A DNA stretch of 64,000 bases from Mobula hypostoma (Eukaryota). Made by a program: the position numbers and the translations under genes. Location: assembly GCF_963921235.1 (NCBI RefSeq), contig NC_086100.1, positions 198,898,001-198,962,000 of the forward strand. Direction: 5' to 3'. Below, in pieces: positions 1 to 12,815 of this stretch; the stretch's first letter is position 1, and every line of letters begins with the position of its first letter. The notes below the pieces were generated by a model that was not told the origin of the DNA, searched no databases, and was given only the letters and a program-made list of their open reading frames with translations.

Positions 1-544
1 ACCGAGCTTGGATGATGGAGACAGGAGGGAGGGCGATGGGGGAGCGCGGGAGGACGGGAGGGAAAAGACGAGTGTGGCTCCCTTGCAGGGCCTCGCGTAC
101 CAGATGAAATAATTAACACAATGGTTGCGGGAACGGTTAAATGATGGGGTAAATGAACTATCCGCTTTGGTTCCAGAGCCTGTTGGCAGCAGTGAGAAGA
201 GAGTATGGTCTGTACGGTGGGTGTCCTTAATGACGGAGGCTGCTTTCCTGCACCTACTCTCGGTGTAGATGTGCTGAATGGTGAGGCGGGATTTACCCAT
301 GATGGACTGGGCCCTATCCACTAATTTTTGTGGTATTTCCCATCAAATCGGGCTGGAAGAGAATGTCACTATGCTCTATTTCTAAACTACACAAAAGTGC
401 TGGACAGCACCTAACGAAACGGATAAACAGGCGAAGTTTCGGGCTGGAAGTCATCAACTGTTTATTATTCTCCGTAGATGCTGCCGACCTGCTGAGTTCC
501 TCCAACATTCTGTATGTGTCACCCTGGGTGAAATAACCTAATAT

Positions 545-1060
545 TGGCTTCCCGCCCAGGGGTGAGTCCACCCCTGGATACGAAGCAGGGAGTGGGGTCG
601 CTCCGGGAGCCGGGGAACAGCATCGCTCTGCGGGCTGATCGGCCGCAGGCTCCTTGTGTGCAGTTCGGCAAGACCACCGGCAGGTGGCGCCGCGGACGTG
701 TACGCAGGCACATCCACAGGGTCGCGTACCTGCGCGCCGACGTAGCACCGAAGGCAGACGCGCGTGCGCGCACATAGTTGCTTGTACGCGCGTACGTATT
801 GCCACACACGGGCGACCGTGCGCGCACACGGACAGGAGCGAGCGTGAACTGAGTGCGCGGCGCGGGCCCGTTGGACCCAATGGCTCCTAAGTCGGCAGGG
901 GTTGTTGCAGCGAACCAACAGGGAGCCAGCACATAAGCGAGAGGCCCAACAGCCGCCGGCGGATTCCCTCCGACTGGCTCAGGATCAGCGTGAGAGTGGG
1001 ATCAGACGGGTGATGCACACGACGGGCCGAATGGACGTTGCCGACAGGAACTGGCCCTTC
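545..1060. promoter_or_regulatory. CpG-island-like segment, possible promoter or regulatory element
   Basis: High GC with dense CpG and CGCG in an otherwise CpG-poor context; NRF1-like GCGCGTGCGC at 760-769. Confidence 0.5.
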
Positions 1061-1570
1061 GGCCCACCGTGTCCCTGACACCTCTTTCTGCCTGTACGCG
1101 CTTTCTAGCTCTCCAGGCTCAGGTCTCTTAAGCGTGTGTACATTCCAGGTACCCAGCACTGTGTAAAAAACCTGGTCGCTCACACCTTTGAAATTACCCT
1201 CTCTCACTTAAAATATTAGACATTTCAACCCTGGAGAAAAGATACTGTCTGTCACTCTATCTATACCTCCCACAATCTTATAAACATTTATGAGATCTCC
1301 CCTCAGCCGCCACCGCTCCAACGAAAACAACCCACATTTGTCCAACCTCTCATTGTAACTGACGACCTCTTATCCAGGCAGCATCCTGGTGACCCTCTTC
1401 AAAGCCTCCACATCCTCCGTGTGATGGGGCCACCGGAACGGCACACAGTACTCCAAGTGTGCTCCAACTGATATCTCACACAACGGCAATATGACTTCCT
1501 GACTCCTGTACTCAATGAGCGGACAGACAAAGGCCATACACCTCAGCCTACTCACCTGCATGTACACTTT
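1050..1570 (-). mobile_element. CR1-type LINE 3' fragment
   Basis: Translates to YRSQEVILPL...HLEYCVPF..P...DVEAL..VTRMLPG, a typical CR1 ORF2 C-terminus. Confidence 0.75.
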
Positions 1571-1599
1571 CAGGAGTATGGATACACCTGCACCACAAG

Positions 1600-1941
1600 A
1601 TTATCAACACTGTAAAAGTTGCATGCCATCTTGGACAATGTCTCCCATCCACTACATAATGTACTGGGTGGGCACAGGAGTACATTCAGCCAGAGACTCA
1701 TTCCACCGAGATGCAACACAGAGCGTCATAGGAAGTCATTCCTGCCTGTGGCCATCAAACTTCACAACTCCTCCCTTGGAGGGTCAGACACCCTGAGCCA
1801 ATAGGCTGGTCCTGGACTTATTTCCTGGCATAATCTACATATTACTATTTAATTATTTACGGTTTTATCACTGTTTAATTATTTATGGTGCAACTGTAAC
1901 GAAAACCAATTTCCCCCGGGATCAATAAAGTATGACTATGA
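1600..1941 (+). mobile_element. Rex1/Babar-like LINE 3' end
   Basis: HAILDNVSHPLHNVL...RCNTERHRKSFLPVAIKLHNSS, ending in cccccgggatcaataaagtatgactatga. Confidence 0.65.
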
Positions 1942-2077
1942 AACTATTAAGGGTCCTGCTATTAACTGTGTGCATTTGAACCTTGTGCTAGACTTCCCAA
2001 AGTGCCACACCTCACACTCGCCCAAGTTAAAATCAATCTGCCAACTCGCCGCTTTTATCTGTCACTGATCTACGCTC

Positions 2078-3003
2078 GGTGGTCAATTGATTAGGTACAC
2101 CTGCTCGCTAATACAAATATTTAATCAGCCAATCGCGTGGCAGTAACTCAGTAGGTAAAAAGATGCAGACGTGGTCAAGGTTCCATTGTTGTTCAGACCA
2201 AACATCAAAATGGGGAAGAAATATGATCTAAGAGACTTTGACCGTGGAATGATTGTTGTTGCCAGACAGGGTGGTTGCTGATCTCCTGCGATTTTCATGC
2301 ACACAGAAAGCTGAGACTTGGGAGTTCTCGTGCAGAATTTCCTAAATGTTAATTTGCAGGATGAGTTGGTGGTGAGGAAGGCAAAAGCAAAGTTAGCATT
2401 CATTTTGAGAGTATTTTGAGAGCATCCGCAGAATTCCTCATGTTTTCATTTTGAGAGGACTAGATTCCCAATGCTGAGGCTGTAGACAACACTGGTCAGA
2501 GCACATTTGATTGTTGTGAGTAGTTTGGGGAGAAGGCCGGACAAGGAGTTGAAGGACAGTAAATCAGCCATAATCCATTGGTGGTGTAACCTTGATGGGT
2601 TGAATGGCCTAATTCTGCTCCCATGCCTGTAAACGGTCTCTAGACTTTAAAGTTCAAAGTAAATTTAATACTGTAGTACATATATGTCACCATATACAAC
2701 CCTGAGATACATTCTCTTGTAGGCATACTCAGTAACCAAATCAGAATCAATGAAAAACGGCATTGGGTGTGTAAAAGACAACAAACTGTGTAAATACAAT
2801 AAGAAGTAATAATAAATCAACAATAAATATCGAGAACGTGAGACGAAGAGTCCTTGAAAGTGAGTCCAAAAGTTGTAGGAACTTTACAACAGTGGTGTGC
2901 AGGAGTGCATCTCTGAATGCACAACACATCAAACCTTGAAGTGGATGGGTCACAGCAGCAGAAGACTATAGACACACACATATTAGGTAATAAAGTGGCC
3001 ACC
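2078..3003 (+). mobile_element. Degenerate, internally deleted Tc1-like element interrupted by LINE fragments
   Basis: The 5' part encodes MGKKYDLRDFDRGMIVVARQGG (2210-2280). The 3' part (2885-3003) ends in aataaagtggccac, roughly inverted to ggtggtcaattgattagg at 2078. Confidence 0.55.
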
Positions 3004-3039
3004 AAATGTATATCCTTTGACAACCTTCTTCACCATTGG

Positions 3040-5025
3040 CAACTCCAGCAAGCCTTGTGTCGTCTGCAAATAAAGATAGACAAACCTGCCTGTCCAGGTA
3101 GACTCATTGTTGCAGCTTGTTCCTGTCCCAGTGAACTCATATCTGCATACCTCGACTCTGTTTTATTACCCCCCCCCCCCGCCCAGTGTAGCCCTTTCCT
3201 ACCTGCATCCGGTGACACATTACACACTCTTGATCTTTTCAATGGTTTCAAGTTCCCCGGCCCCAATCATCTTATCTTCACTATGGATGTCCAGTCCCTC
3301 TACACCTCCATCCCCCACCAGGAAGGCCTCAAAGCCCTCCATTTCTTTCTGGACACCAGACCCAACCAGTTCGCCTCCACCACCACTCTCCTCCGTCATG
3401 CAGAATTTGTCCTCATTCTCAATAATTTCTCCTTCGGCTCCTCCCACTTCCTACGAACAAAAGGCGTAGCCATGGGCACCCGTATGGGTCCCAGCTATGC
3501 CTGCCTGTTTGTCGGCTATGTGGAACAGTCTATGTTCCAACCCTACACTGGTGACCGTCCCGCACTTTTCTTACGCTGCATGGACGACTGCATTGGTGCT
3601 GCTTCCTGCACCCGTGCTGAACTCGTCGACTTCTTCCACTCTGCCTCTAACTTCCACCCCGCTCTTAAATTTACCTGGCCCATTTCCGACACCTCTCTCC
3701 CCTTTCTCAATCTCTCTGTCACCATCTCTGGAGACATCTACTGATGTCTATTATAAACCCACAGACTCTCACAGCTACCTGGACTATTCCTCTTCCCACC
3801 CTGTTACTTGTAAAAACGCTATCCCCTTCTCTCCATTCCTCCAACTCCACCACATCTGCTCTCAGGATGAGGCTTTTCATTCCAGAATGAAGGAGATGTC
3901 CTCCTTCTGCAAAGAAAAGGGGTTTCCTTCCTCCACCATCAACTCTGCCCTCAAATGTGTCTCTTCCATTTCATGCACATCTGCCCTCACCCCATCCTCC
4001 TGCCAGCCCACCAGTGATAGGGTTCCTCTTGTCCTCATCTACCACCCAACCAGCCTCCATGTCCAGCACATTATTCTCGTAACTTGCACCATCTCCAACG
4101 GGATACCACTATCAAGCACATCTTTCCCTCCCCCTCCCCACTTTCTGCTTTCTGCAAGGATCACTCCCTGTGCGACTCCAATGTCCATTCATCCCTCGCC
4201 ACTGATCTCCCTCCTGGCACTTACCCTTACAAGCAGAACAAGTGCTACACCTGCCCCTACACCTCCTCCCACACCACCATCCAGGGCCCCAAACAGGTCC
4301 TTCCAGGTGAGGTGACACTTCACCTGGAGTCTGTTGGGGTTATATACTGTGTCCAGTGCTCCCAGTGTGGCCTCCTGTATATTGGTGAGACCCGACGTAG
4401 ATTGGGAGACCGCTTCACGGAGCAGCTACGCTCCGTCCATCAGAAAAAGCGAGATTCCCAGTGGCCACCGATTTTAATTCCACTTCCCATTCCTATTCCG
4501 ATATGTCAGACCATGGCCTCCTGTATTGTTGCGGTGAGGCCACACTCAGGTTGGAGGAGCAACACCTTGTATTCCGTTTGGGTAGCCTCACATCTATTTC
4601 TCGAACTTCCATTAATGCCTCCACCCCCTTCACCATTTCCCATCCCCTTGTCCCTCTCTCATCTTTTCTCTTTGCCCACCCATCACCTCCCTCTGATGCT
4701 CCTCCTACTTCTTCTTTCTTCCATGGCCTTCTGCCCTCTCCTATTAGATTCCCCTTCCCCAGCCCTGTAATCTTTCAACAATCAACTTCCCAGCTCTTTG
4801 CTTCACCCCTTCCCCTTCCCCCTTCCAGTATCACCTATCAGCTTGTGTTTCTTCCTCCCCTCCCCCCACGTCTAATTCTTAACTCCTCATATTTTTTTCC
4901 AGTCTCGGCTTGAAACATCTGACTGTTTACTCTTTTCCATAGATGCTGTCTGGCCTGCTGTGTTCCCCCAGCATTTTGTGTGTGTTGCTTGGCTCTCCTG
5001 CATCTGCGGATTTTCTCTGGTTTGT
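3040..5025 (+). mobile_element. Penelope-like retroelement (RT plus GIY-YIG endonuclease), 5'-truncated and frameshifted
   Basis: FTMDVQSLYTSIPH, GVAMGTRMGPSYACLFVGYVE, FLRCMDDCIG, YYKPTDSHSYLDYSSSHP and VIYCVQCSQCGLLYIGETRRRLGDRF; pLTR-type tail gatgctg..tggcctgctg..ttcc.ccagc. Confidence 0.9.
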
Positions 5026-6019
5026 TTTCAGTTTTATTGGACATCAGCACAGTCATAGTGGGCCGAATGGCCTGTGTAGCGGGTTTCTGAGCAGCGAGGG
5101 AGTGGTGGGGAGGGGACGGGAGGGGGTGTGGGGATGCCGGGTGGACAGAGAGTGGTTTAGAGGAAGGATTTGATTCCAGCCCCACAGCGACCCTTCGCCG
5201 CCTTGCCGGAAGCCATGGTTCAACTTTGCCCGACCGCGGTGCCGGCCGTTTCCCCGCCAGGACCTCGCTGCTGGGGTTAGAGTCCACGGAACTCCCAGCC
5301 ACCTGTCGCATTGGTGCACGGCAGAGACCGTGTACCGCATGTACATGGAGCGTGCGAGGCTGCCGCCCCTACTCACAGACCTGCGGGGGCTTTTCCTCGC
5401 TTCTGGTGAGGAGGTGGTGGGGGCAAGGAGGAGGATGTCCTTGTAATTTGGCCCTGGAGCTGGCAAAGATAGCTAGCGAAGCGGATAGAACGTTGAACTG
5501 GCCGGTATAGTACAAGCACAGGCCCTTCGGCCCAGTGTTGTGCCAAACCAATTAAACTGGCCAACTAAACGAATCTCTTTTGCTCCTTCCATTCCCCTTC
5601 CGTCCATGCGCTGACCTAAATGGAGTCCCTAATGTGTCTGTTTCTAACACCACTCTCCGTGTGATAATCATGCCCCTCACACCTACTTTGAAATTACCCC
5701 CTCCTGAGGGTCCCACTCCGGCTGACTGCCCGGCACGGTCCTGAGGGTAACTCCGTGTCCGGGTAACTACAGAGAGGGAACACGCAATGTCCACGGGAAC
5801 CAAAGACCTGTTCCAGAACAGGGAAAAAATGTTAAAAGTAAATTTATTATCAAAGTACAAATATGTCACCATATACAAACCTGAGATTCATTTCCTTGTG
5901 GGTATTCTCAACAAATCTGTAACAGAATCCACGAAAGATCGCCCAGCTAGGGCGTTGAACCAGAGCGCAGAGGGGAACAAACTGTGCGAACGCAAAAGGA
6001 AGAAACTATAATATAAATA

Positions 6020-6800
6020 AATATCAAGAACATGAGATGAAGGGTCATTGAAAAAGAGTCCATTTGAAATGTGGGAACATTTCGATAATGGGGTGAGTGA
6101 AGTTGAGTGAACCCTTTTGGTTCAAGAGCCCGATGGTTGGGAGATAGTAACTGCTCCTGAGACTCCTGTACCTTCTTCCCGACGGCAGCAGTGACAAGAG
6201 AGCGTGACCTGGGTGGTGGGGATCGCCAGTGATCGATTCTGCTTTCCTGTGTCACGCAGGGTGTTTCACGTCGGTCTGTTCAATGGTTTTGCCCGCGATG
6301 GACTTGGCCATATCCACTACTTTGTGTAGAATTTTCCGATCACGGGCGTTGGTGTTTCCATACCGGGCTGCGATGCAGCCAGTCAATACACTCTCCACCA
6401 CACACCTATAGAAGTTGTCGACATTTTAGATGTCTTGCCAAATCACTGCAGACTCCTGAGGAAGTAGAGGTGCTGCCGCGCTTCCTTAGTGATTTCACTG
6501 ATGTGCTGGGCCCAGGAAATTAAAATCTCGGAATTTGGCGTTGCTGATCCTCCGATGAGGACTGCCTCATGCTCCTCTCCGGAAGTGAACAATCAGTTCC
6601 TTGGTCTTATTGACATTGAGTGAGAGGTGGTTGTTATGACACCACTCAGCCAGATCCTAAATGCTGATGCGTCGCGACCTTTGATTCGGCCAACGGCAGA
6701 GGAGTCATCAGTAAACTTGAATACGACATCGGAGCCGTGCTTAACCACACAGTCCTAAATGTAAAGCGACTAGAGCAGGGGCTAAGCACACAGCCGTGAG
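6020..6800 (-). mobile_element. Rex1/Babar-like LINE fragments (composite)
   Basis: Degenerate RT text (GCVLSP, KFADD-like) and a 3' region shared with many dispersed copies in the window (about 8050-8350, 22100-22420, 26445-27180, 33770-34380, 61640-62190). Confidence 0.55.
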
Positions 6801-8552
6801 GAACATCTGTGCTGACTGGATGCAATAGCACAATATCTTACCGGACAGGGATAGGAACGTTTCATTTAGATTGTGTTCGCCACGGTTATTGTCTCTGTGT
6901 TTAGTGTAGATTGTTGATTGTCACTTCCCGACCCATTGTTACTCCGGATCCGATGCAGCACCAAAACCACAATAAGAGAAAGAACACAATAATAATTAAA
7001 ATACAATAAATATAAATATATAAGATAGCTGATATACAGAGATTGATTGTTATGTCCATAAAGCGACACCGGGCACAGGAGTGTCTGTACATACGGTGAC
7101 TCTGACAGGCAATGATAAAGTAGTCGTGGTTGGGGGTTTGGGGGTGTGGAGGGGGGGTGGGTTAGTGCTGGAGGTGTTGATCAGCCTCACTGCTTGGGGA
7201 AAATAACTGTATTTGAATCTGGTGGTCCTGGCGCGGTGCTACGTACCTCCTCGCTGATGGGAATGGGACAAACAGGGTGGGTGGGATCCTTCATGATGTT
7301 GCCGACCCTTTTCCGACGCCGTTCTCATATGGTAAATCTGATAATGAACATACTTTTGACCTTTGATACGGCCTTGATGGCCGGTAGGCTGGTGCCGGTG
7401 GTTGGGAAGTTTGCCGTTGCCTCTCTGTTTGGAGAAGTATCGGAGAAATGTAATTTACACTTGATGTATTTTTGTGTAAAAAAAACGAGGGTTAGAACGA
7501 CTCGGACACGGGCACGTCCTCACAGCAGACACCAGCCAGAGCCCGTAGCCCGAACACTGCGCCCATTGACGGTGGGGCTAGAGCAAACAGGGACCGTTTC
7601 CAAGAACCAGGCCGGAAGCGCAGAGTGCCGAGTCTGGTCTGGAGTATGCACCGCTCCGCCCAGGTAGGAACAGGCAGCTCGCTTGTGCTCCACACGGTAA
7701 ACAGAATCTGCCCTGGGCCCGAGCCACGGGAAGAGGGGAGGGGGGCCCGGATTCCGATCGGTGCTGGAATTCCAGTGCGGAGAAGGTTGTCTGGCCCTTG
7801 GCGGTCCTGTGTCTGTTGGCGCCATCCTCAAACATCTGGGAACTGGACTGGGAGCCGTCCCGCCGACTGGCCCAGCCACAGAATCTGTGTTTTCAGATTC
7901 ACTTTACACATCCAAATCAAAAGCAGGTTTTAAATCACCGGCATTCGTCGTGAAATTGTTGTTGTTTTGCGGCAGCAGTACATTGTAATGCTTAATAATA
8001 ATATATATATCAAACAATTTAAATAAGGGCTGCTAAAAGCGAAAAAAAAAGAGGTAGTGTTCATGAGTTCGTTGTCCATTCAGGAATCCGATGACGAAGT
8101 TGAAGAAGCTGTTCCTATAAGGTTGAGTGTATGTCTTCAGCCTCCTGTACCTCGCCTTGAAGGGCATGTCCTGCGTGTTGGGAGTCTTTAATGATGGATG
8201 TCACCTTTCTCGGGTATCGCCTTTTGAAGTGGCCTCGGAGGACAGTGCCCGTGTTGGAGCTGGCTGACTTTACAACTTACTGCGGGTGTTTCCGATCCTG
8301 CGCACTGGCCCCTCCAGACCAGATGGTGATGCAGCCAGTTAGAATGCTCTCTGCGGTACGTGTAGATCCAAATAGGCTGCAAAATTTCTCGTTTCCATTA
8401 ACCAGCTAAGGATGATAGCAACAAATAAAACAGAAAAACAAGCCTCCTTTCTCACCCCCCCCCCCCGCCCACACAGACAGGCCTCCCACGGCAGAGCGGG
8501 TCTCGGATCTTCCCACCTCCAGTCCCTGGCCTGGACTTGTAGAAATAGGGTC

Positions 8553-11500
8553 TCCAGATTCCCCAATCCAACAGGGCTCCAGATTCCTGATTCCCCAATC
8601 CACCAGGCCTCCAGATTCCAGATTCCACATTCCCCAATCCACCAGGCCTCCAGATTCCACATTCCCCAATCCACCAGACCTCCAGATTCCTGATTCCCCA
8701 ATCCACCAGGCCTCCAGATTCTACATTCCCCAATCCACCAGGCCTCCAGATTCCACATTCCCCAATCCACCAGGCCTCCAGATTACACGTTCCCCAATCC
8801 ACCAGGCCTCCAGATTCCACATTCCCCAATCCACCAGGCCTCCAGATTCCTGATTCCCCAATCCACCAGGCCTCCTGATTCCACATTCCCCAATCCACCA
8901 GGCCTCCAGATTCTACATTCCCCAATCCACCAGGCCTCCAGATTACACGTTCCCCAATCCACCAGGCCTCCAGATTCCACATTCCCCAATCCACCAGGCC
9001 TCCAGATTCCAGATTCCACATTCCCCAATCCACCAGGCCTCCAGATTCTACATTCCCCAATCCACCAGGCCTCCAGATTCCTGATTCCCCAATCCACCAG
9101 GCCTCCAGATTCCACATTCCCCAATCCACCAGGCCTCCAGATTCTACATTCCCCAATCCACCAGGCCTCCAGATTCCACATTCCCCAATCCACCAGGCCT
9201 CCAGATTACATGTTCCCCAATCCACCAGGCCTCCAGATTCCACATTCCCCAATCCACCAGGCCTCCAGATTCCTGATTCCCCAATCCACCAGGCCTCCAG
9301 ATTCCACATTCCCCAATCCACCAGGCCTCCAGATTCCACATTCCCCAATCCACCAGGCCTCCAGATTCCTGATTCCCCAATCCACCAGGCCTCCAGATTC
9401 CACATTCCCCAATCCACCAGGCCTCCAGATTCCTGATTCCCCAATCCACCAGGCCTCCAGATTCCAGATTCCACATTCCCCAATCCACCAGGCCTCCAGA
9501 TTCCACATTCCCCAATCCACCAGGCCTCCAGATTCTACATTCCCCAATCCACCAGGCCTCCAGATTCCTGATTCCCCAATCCACCAGGCCTCCAGATTCC
9601 ACATTCCCCAATCCACCAGGCCTCCAGATTCTACATTCCCCAATCCACCAGGCCTCCAGATTCCACATTCCCCAATCCACCAGGCCTCCAGATTACATGT
9701 TCCCCAATCCACCAGGCCTCCAGATTCTACATTCCCCAATCCACCAGGCCTCCAGATTCCACATTCCCCAATCCACCAGGCCTCCAGATTACATGTTCCC
9801 CAATCCACCAGGCCTCCAGATTCCACATTCCCCAATCCACCAGGCCTCCAGATTCCTGATTCCCCAATCCACCAGGCCTCCAGATTCCACATTCCCCAAT
9901 CCACCAGGCCTCCAGATTCCACATTCCCCAATCCACCAGGCCTCCAGATTCCTGATTCCCCAATCCACCAGGCCTCCAGATTCCACATTCCCCAATCCAC
10001 CAGGCCTCCAGATTCCTGATTCCCCAATCCACCAGGCCTCCAGATTCCAGATTCCACATTCCCCAATCCACCAGGCCTCCAGATTCCACATTCCCCAATC
10101 CACCAGGCCTCCAGATTCTACATTCCCCAATCCACCAGGCCTCCAGATTCCTGATTCCCCAATCCACCAGGCCTCCAGATTCCACATTCCCCAATCCACC
10201 AGGCCTCCAGATTCTACATTCCCCAATCCACCAGGCCTCCAGATTCCACATTCCCCAATCCACCAGGCCTCCAGATTACATGTTCCCCAATCCACCAGGC
10301 CTCCAGATTCCACATTCCCCAATCCACCAGGCCTCCAGATTCCTGATTCCCCAATCCACCAGGCCTCCAGATTCCACATTCCCCAATCCACCAGGCCTCC
10401 AGATTCCACATTCCCCAATCCACCAGGCCTCCAGATTCCTGATTCCCCAATCCACCAGGCCTCCAGATTCCTGATTCCCCAATCCACCAGGCCTCCAGAT
10501 TCCACATTCCCCAATCCACCAGGCCTCCAGATTCCAGATTCCCCAATCCACCAGGCCTCCAGATTCCAGATTCCACATTCCCCAATCCACCAGGCCTCCA
10601 GATTCCACATTCCCCAATCCACCAGGCCTCCAGATTCCACATTCCCCAATCCACCAGGCCTCCAGATTCCACATTCCCCAATCCACCAGGCCTCCAGATT
10701 CCAGATTCCACATTCCCCAATCCACCAGGCCTCCAGATTCCACATTCCCCAATCCACCAGGCCTCCAGATTCCTGATTCCCCAATCCACCAGGCCTCCAG
10801 ATTCCACATTCCCCAATCCACCAGGCCTCCAGATTCTACATTCCCCAATCCACCAGGCCTCCAGATTACACATTCCCCAATCCACCAGGCCTCCAGATTC
10901 CACATTCCCCAATCCACCAGGCCTCCAGATTACACGTTCCCCAATCCACCAGGCCTCCAGATTCCACATTCCCCAATCCACCAGGCCTCCAGATTCCACA
11001 TTCCCCAATCCACCAGGCCTCCAGATTCCACATTCCCCAATCCACCAGGCCTCCAGATTCCTGATTCCCCAATCCACCAGGCCTCCAGATTCCACATTCC
11101 CCAATCCACCAGGCCTCCAGATTCCTGATTCCCCAATCCACCAGGCCTCCAGATTCCAGATTCCACATTCCCCAATCCACCAGGCCTCCAGATTCCACAT
11201 TCCCCAATCCACCAGGCCTCCAGATTCTACATTCCCCAATCCACCAGGCCTCCAGATTCCTGATTCCCCAATCCACCAGGCCTCCAGATTCCACATTCCC
11301 CAATCCACCAGGCCTCCAGATTCTACATTCCCCAATCCACCAGGCCTCCAGATTCCACATTCCCCAATCCACCAGGCCTCCAGATTACATGTTCCCCAAT
11401 CCACCAGGCCTCCAGATTCCACATTCCCCAATCCACCAGGCCTCCAGATTCCTGATTCCCCAATCCACCAGGCCTCCAGATTCCACATTCCCCAATCCAC

Positions 11501-12196
11501 CAGGCCTCCAGATTCCACATTCCCCAATCCACCAGGCCTCCAGATTCCTGATTCCCCAATCCACCAGGCCTCCAGATTCCTGATTCCCCAATCCACCAGG
11601 CCTCCAGATTCCACATTCCCCAATCCACCAGGCCTCCAGATTCCTGATTCCCCAATCCACCAGGCCTCCAGATTCCAGATTCCACATTCCCCAATCCACC
11701 AGGCCTCCAGATTCCACATTCCCCAATCCACCAGGCCTCCAGATTCCACATTCCCCAATCCACCAGGCCTCCAGATTCCACATTCCCCAATCCACCAGGC
11801 CTCCAGATTCCAGATTCCACATTCCCCAATCCACCAGGCCTCCAGATTCCACATTCCCCAATCCACCAGGCCTCCAGATTCCTGATTCCCCAATCCACCA
11901 GGCCTCCAGATTCCACATTCCCCAATCCACCAGGCCTCCAGATTCTACATTCCCCAATCCACCAGGCCTCCAGATTACACGTTCCCCAATCCACCAGGCC
12001 TCCAGATTCCACATTCCCCAATCCACCAGGCCTCCAGATTACACGTTCCCCAATCCACCAGGCCTCCAGATTCCACATTCCCCAATCCACCAGGCCTCCA
12101 GATTCCACGTTCCCCAATCCACCAGGCCTCCAGATTCCACGTTCCCCAATCCACCAGGCCTCCAGATTCCACATTCCCCAATCCACCAGGCCTCCA
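8553..12196. repeat. Minisatellite, 32-bp unit CCCCAATCCACCAGGCCTCCAGATTCCACATT, about 110 copies, with 39-bp variants
   Basis: Read directly; it explains the 32-aa periodic ORFs on both strands. Confidence 0.98.
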
Positions 12197-12419
12197 ACTT
12201 TTGAATTCGCCGACTTTGATCTTTGACCTTCAGTTTCCACCTCGGGAATGATCTGACATGGAACTCTGAACTCCAGGCCTCCCACTCCAGATTTGTGCGG
12301 GCCTATGCTCTTCCAGCACAGTCCTGCCCCCTCCCCGCCCCTCCACCTTCCTACCAGGTGACGGGACAGTGGGATACCCACGGGCTCCTTTGCGAATGAG
12401 GGGCAGTTGGTGTCTCAGG

Positions 12420-12815
12420 CCCAGTACTCACTGGGGTTTAGAAGAATGAGGGGGGATCTCATTGAAAACCATTGAATATTGAATGGCCTAGATAGAGTGG
12501 ATGAAGAGAGAATGTTTCCAATATTTGGTGAGTCTAGGACCAGGGTACACTGCCCTCAGTATAGAGGGGCACCCATATACAACAGATGTGAGGAGGAATT
12601 TCTTTAGCCATGAGGTGGTGAATCTGAGAAATTCATTTTCACAGACAGCTGTGCAGGCCAAATCATTGGCTATATTTAAATCTGAGGTTGATAGATTCTT
12701 GATTAGTCAGGGTGTCAAAGGTTAGGGGGAGAATGGGGTTGAGAGGGATAATAAATCAGCCATGATGGAATGGTGGAGCAGACTCGATGGGCTGAATGGC
12801 CTAATTCTGCTCCTG
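12420..12815 (+). mobile_element. CR1-type LINE 3' end
   Basis: RRNFFSHEVVNLRNSF...[17 protein letters not shown] and tail gggctgaatggcctaattctgctcct. Confidence 0.8.

Noticed and set aside
2917..4913. Intact RT/endonuclease gene or domesticated RT
   Set aside because: It is 5'-truncated with several frameshifts and an altered catalytic motif (CMDD), so it is an inactive Penelope copy.
8553..12196. CRISPR-like look (constant repeat plus variable segment)
   Set aside because: The variable part is only 7 nt from a few recurring variants, not unique spacers. There are no cas genes and the context is vertebrate.
8339..12381. Long ORFs (up to 559 aa) of WRPGGLGNVESGG or PNPPGLQIPH repeats
   Set aside because: They are translations of a 32-bp minisatellite, open in several frames on both strands, with no splice or domain evidence.
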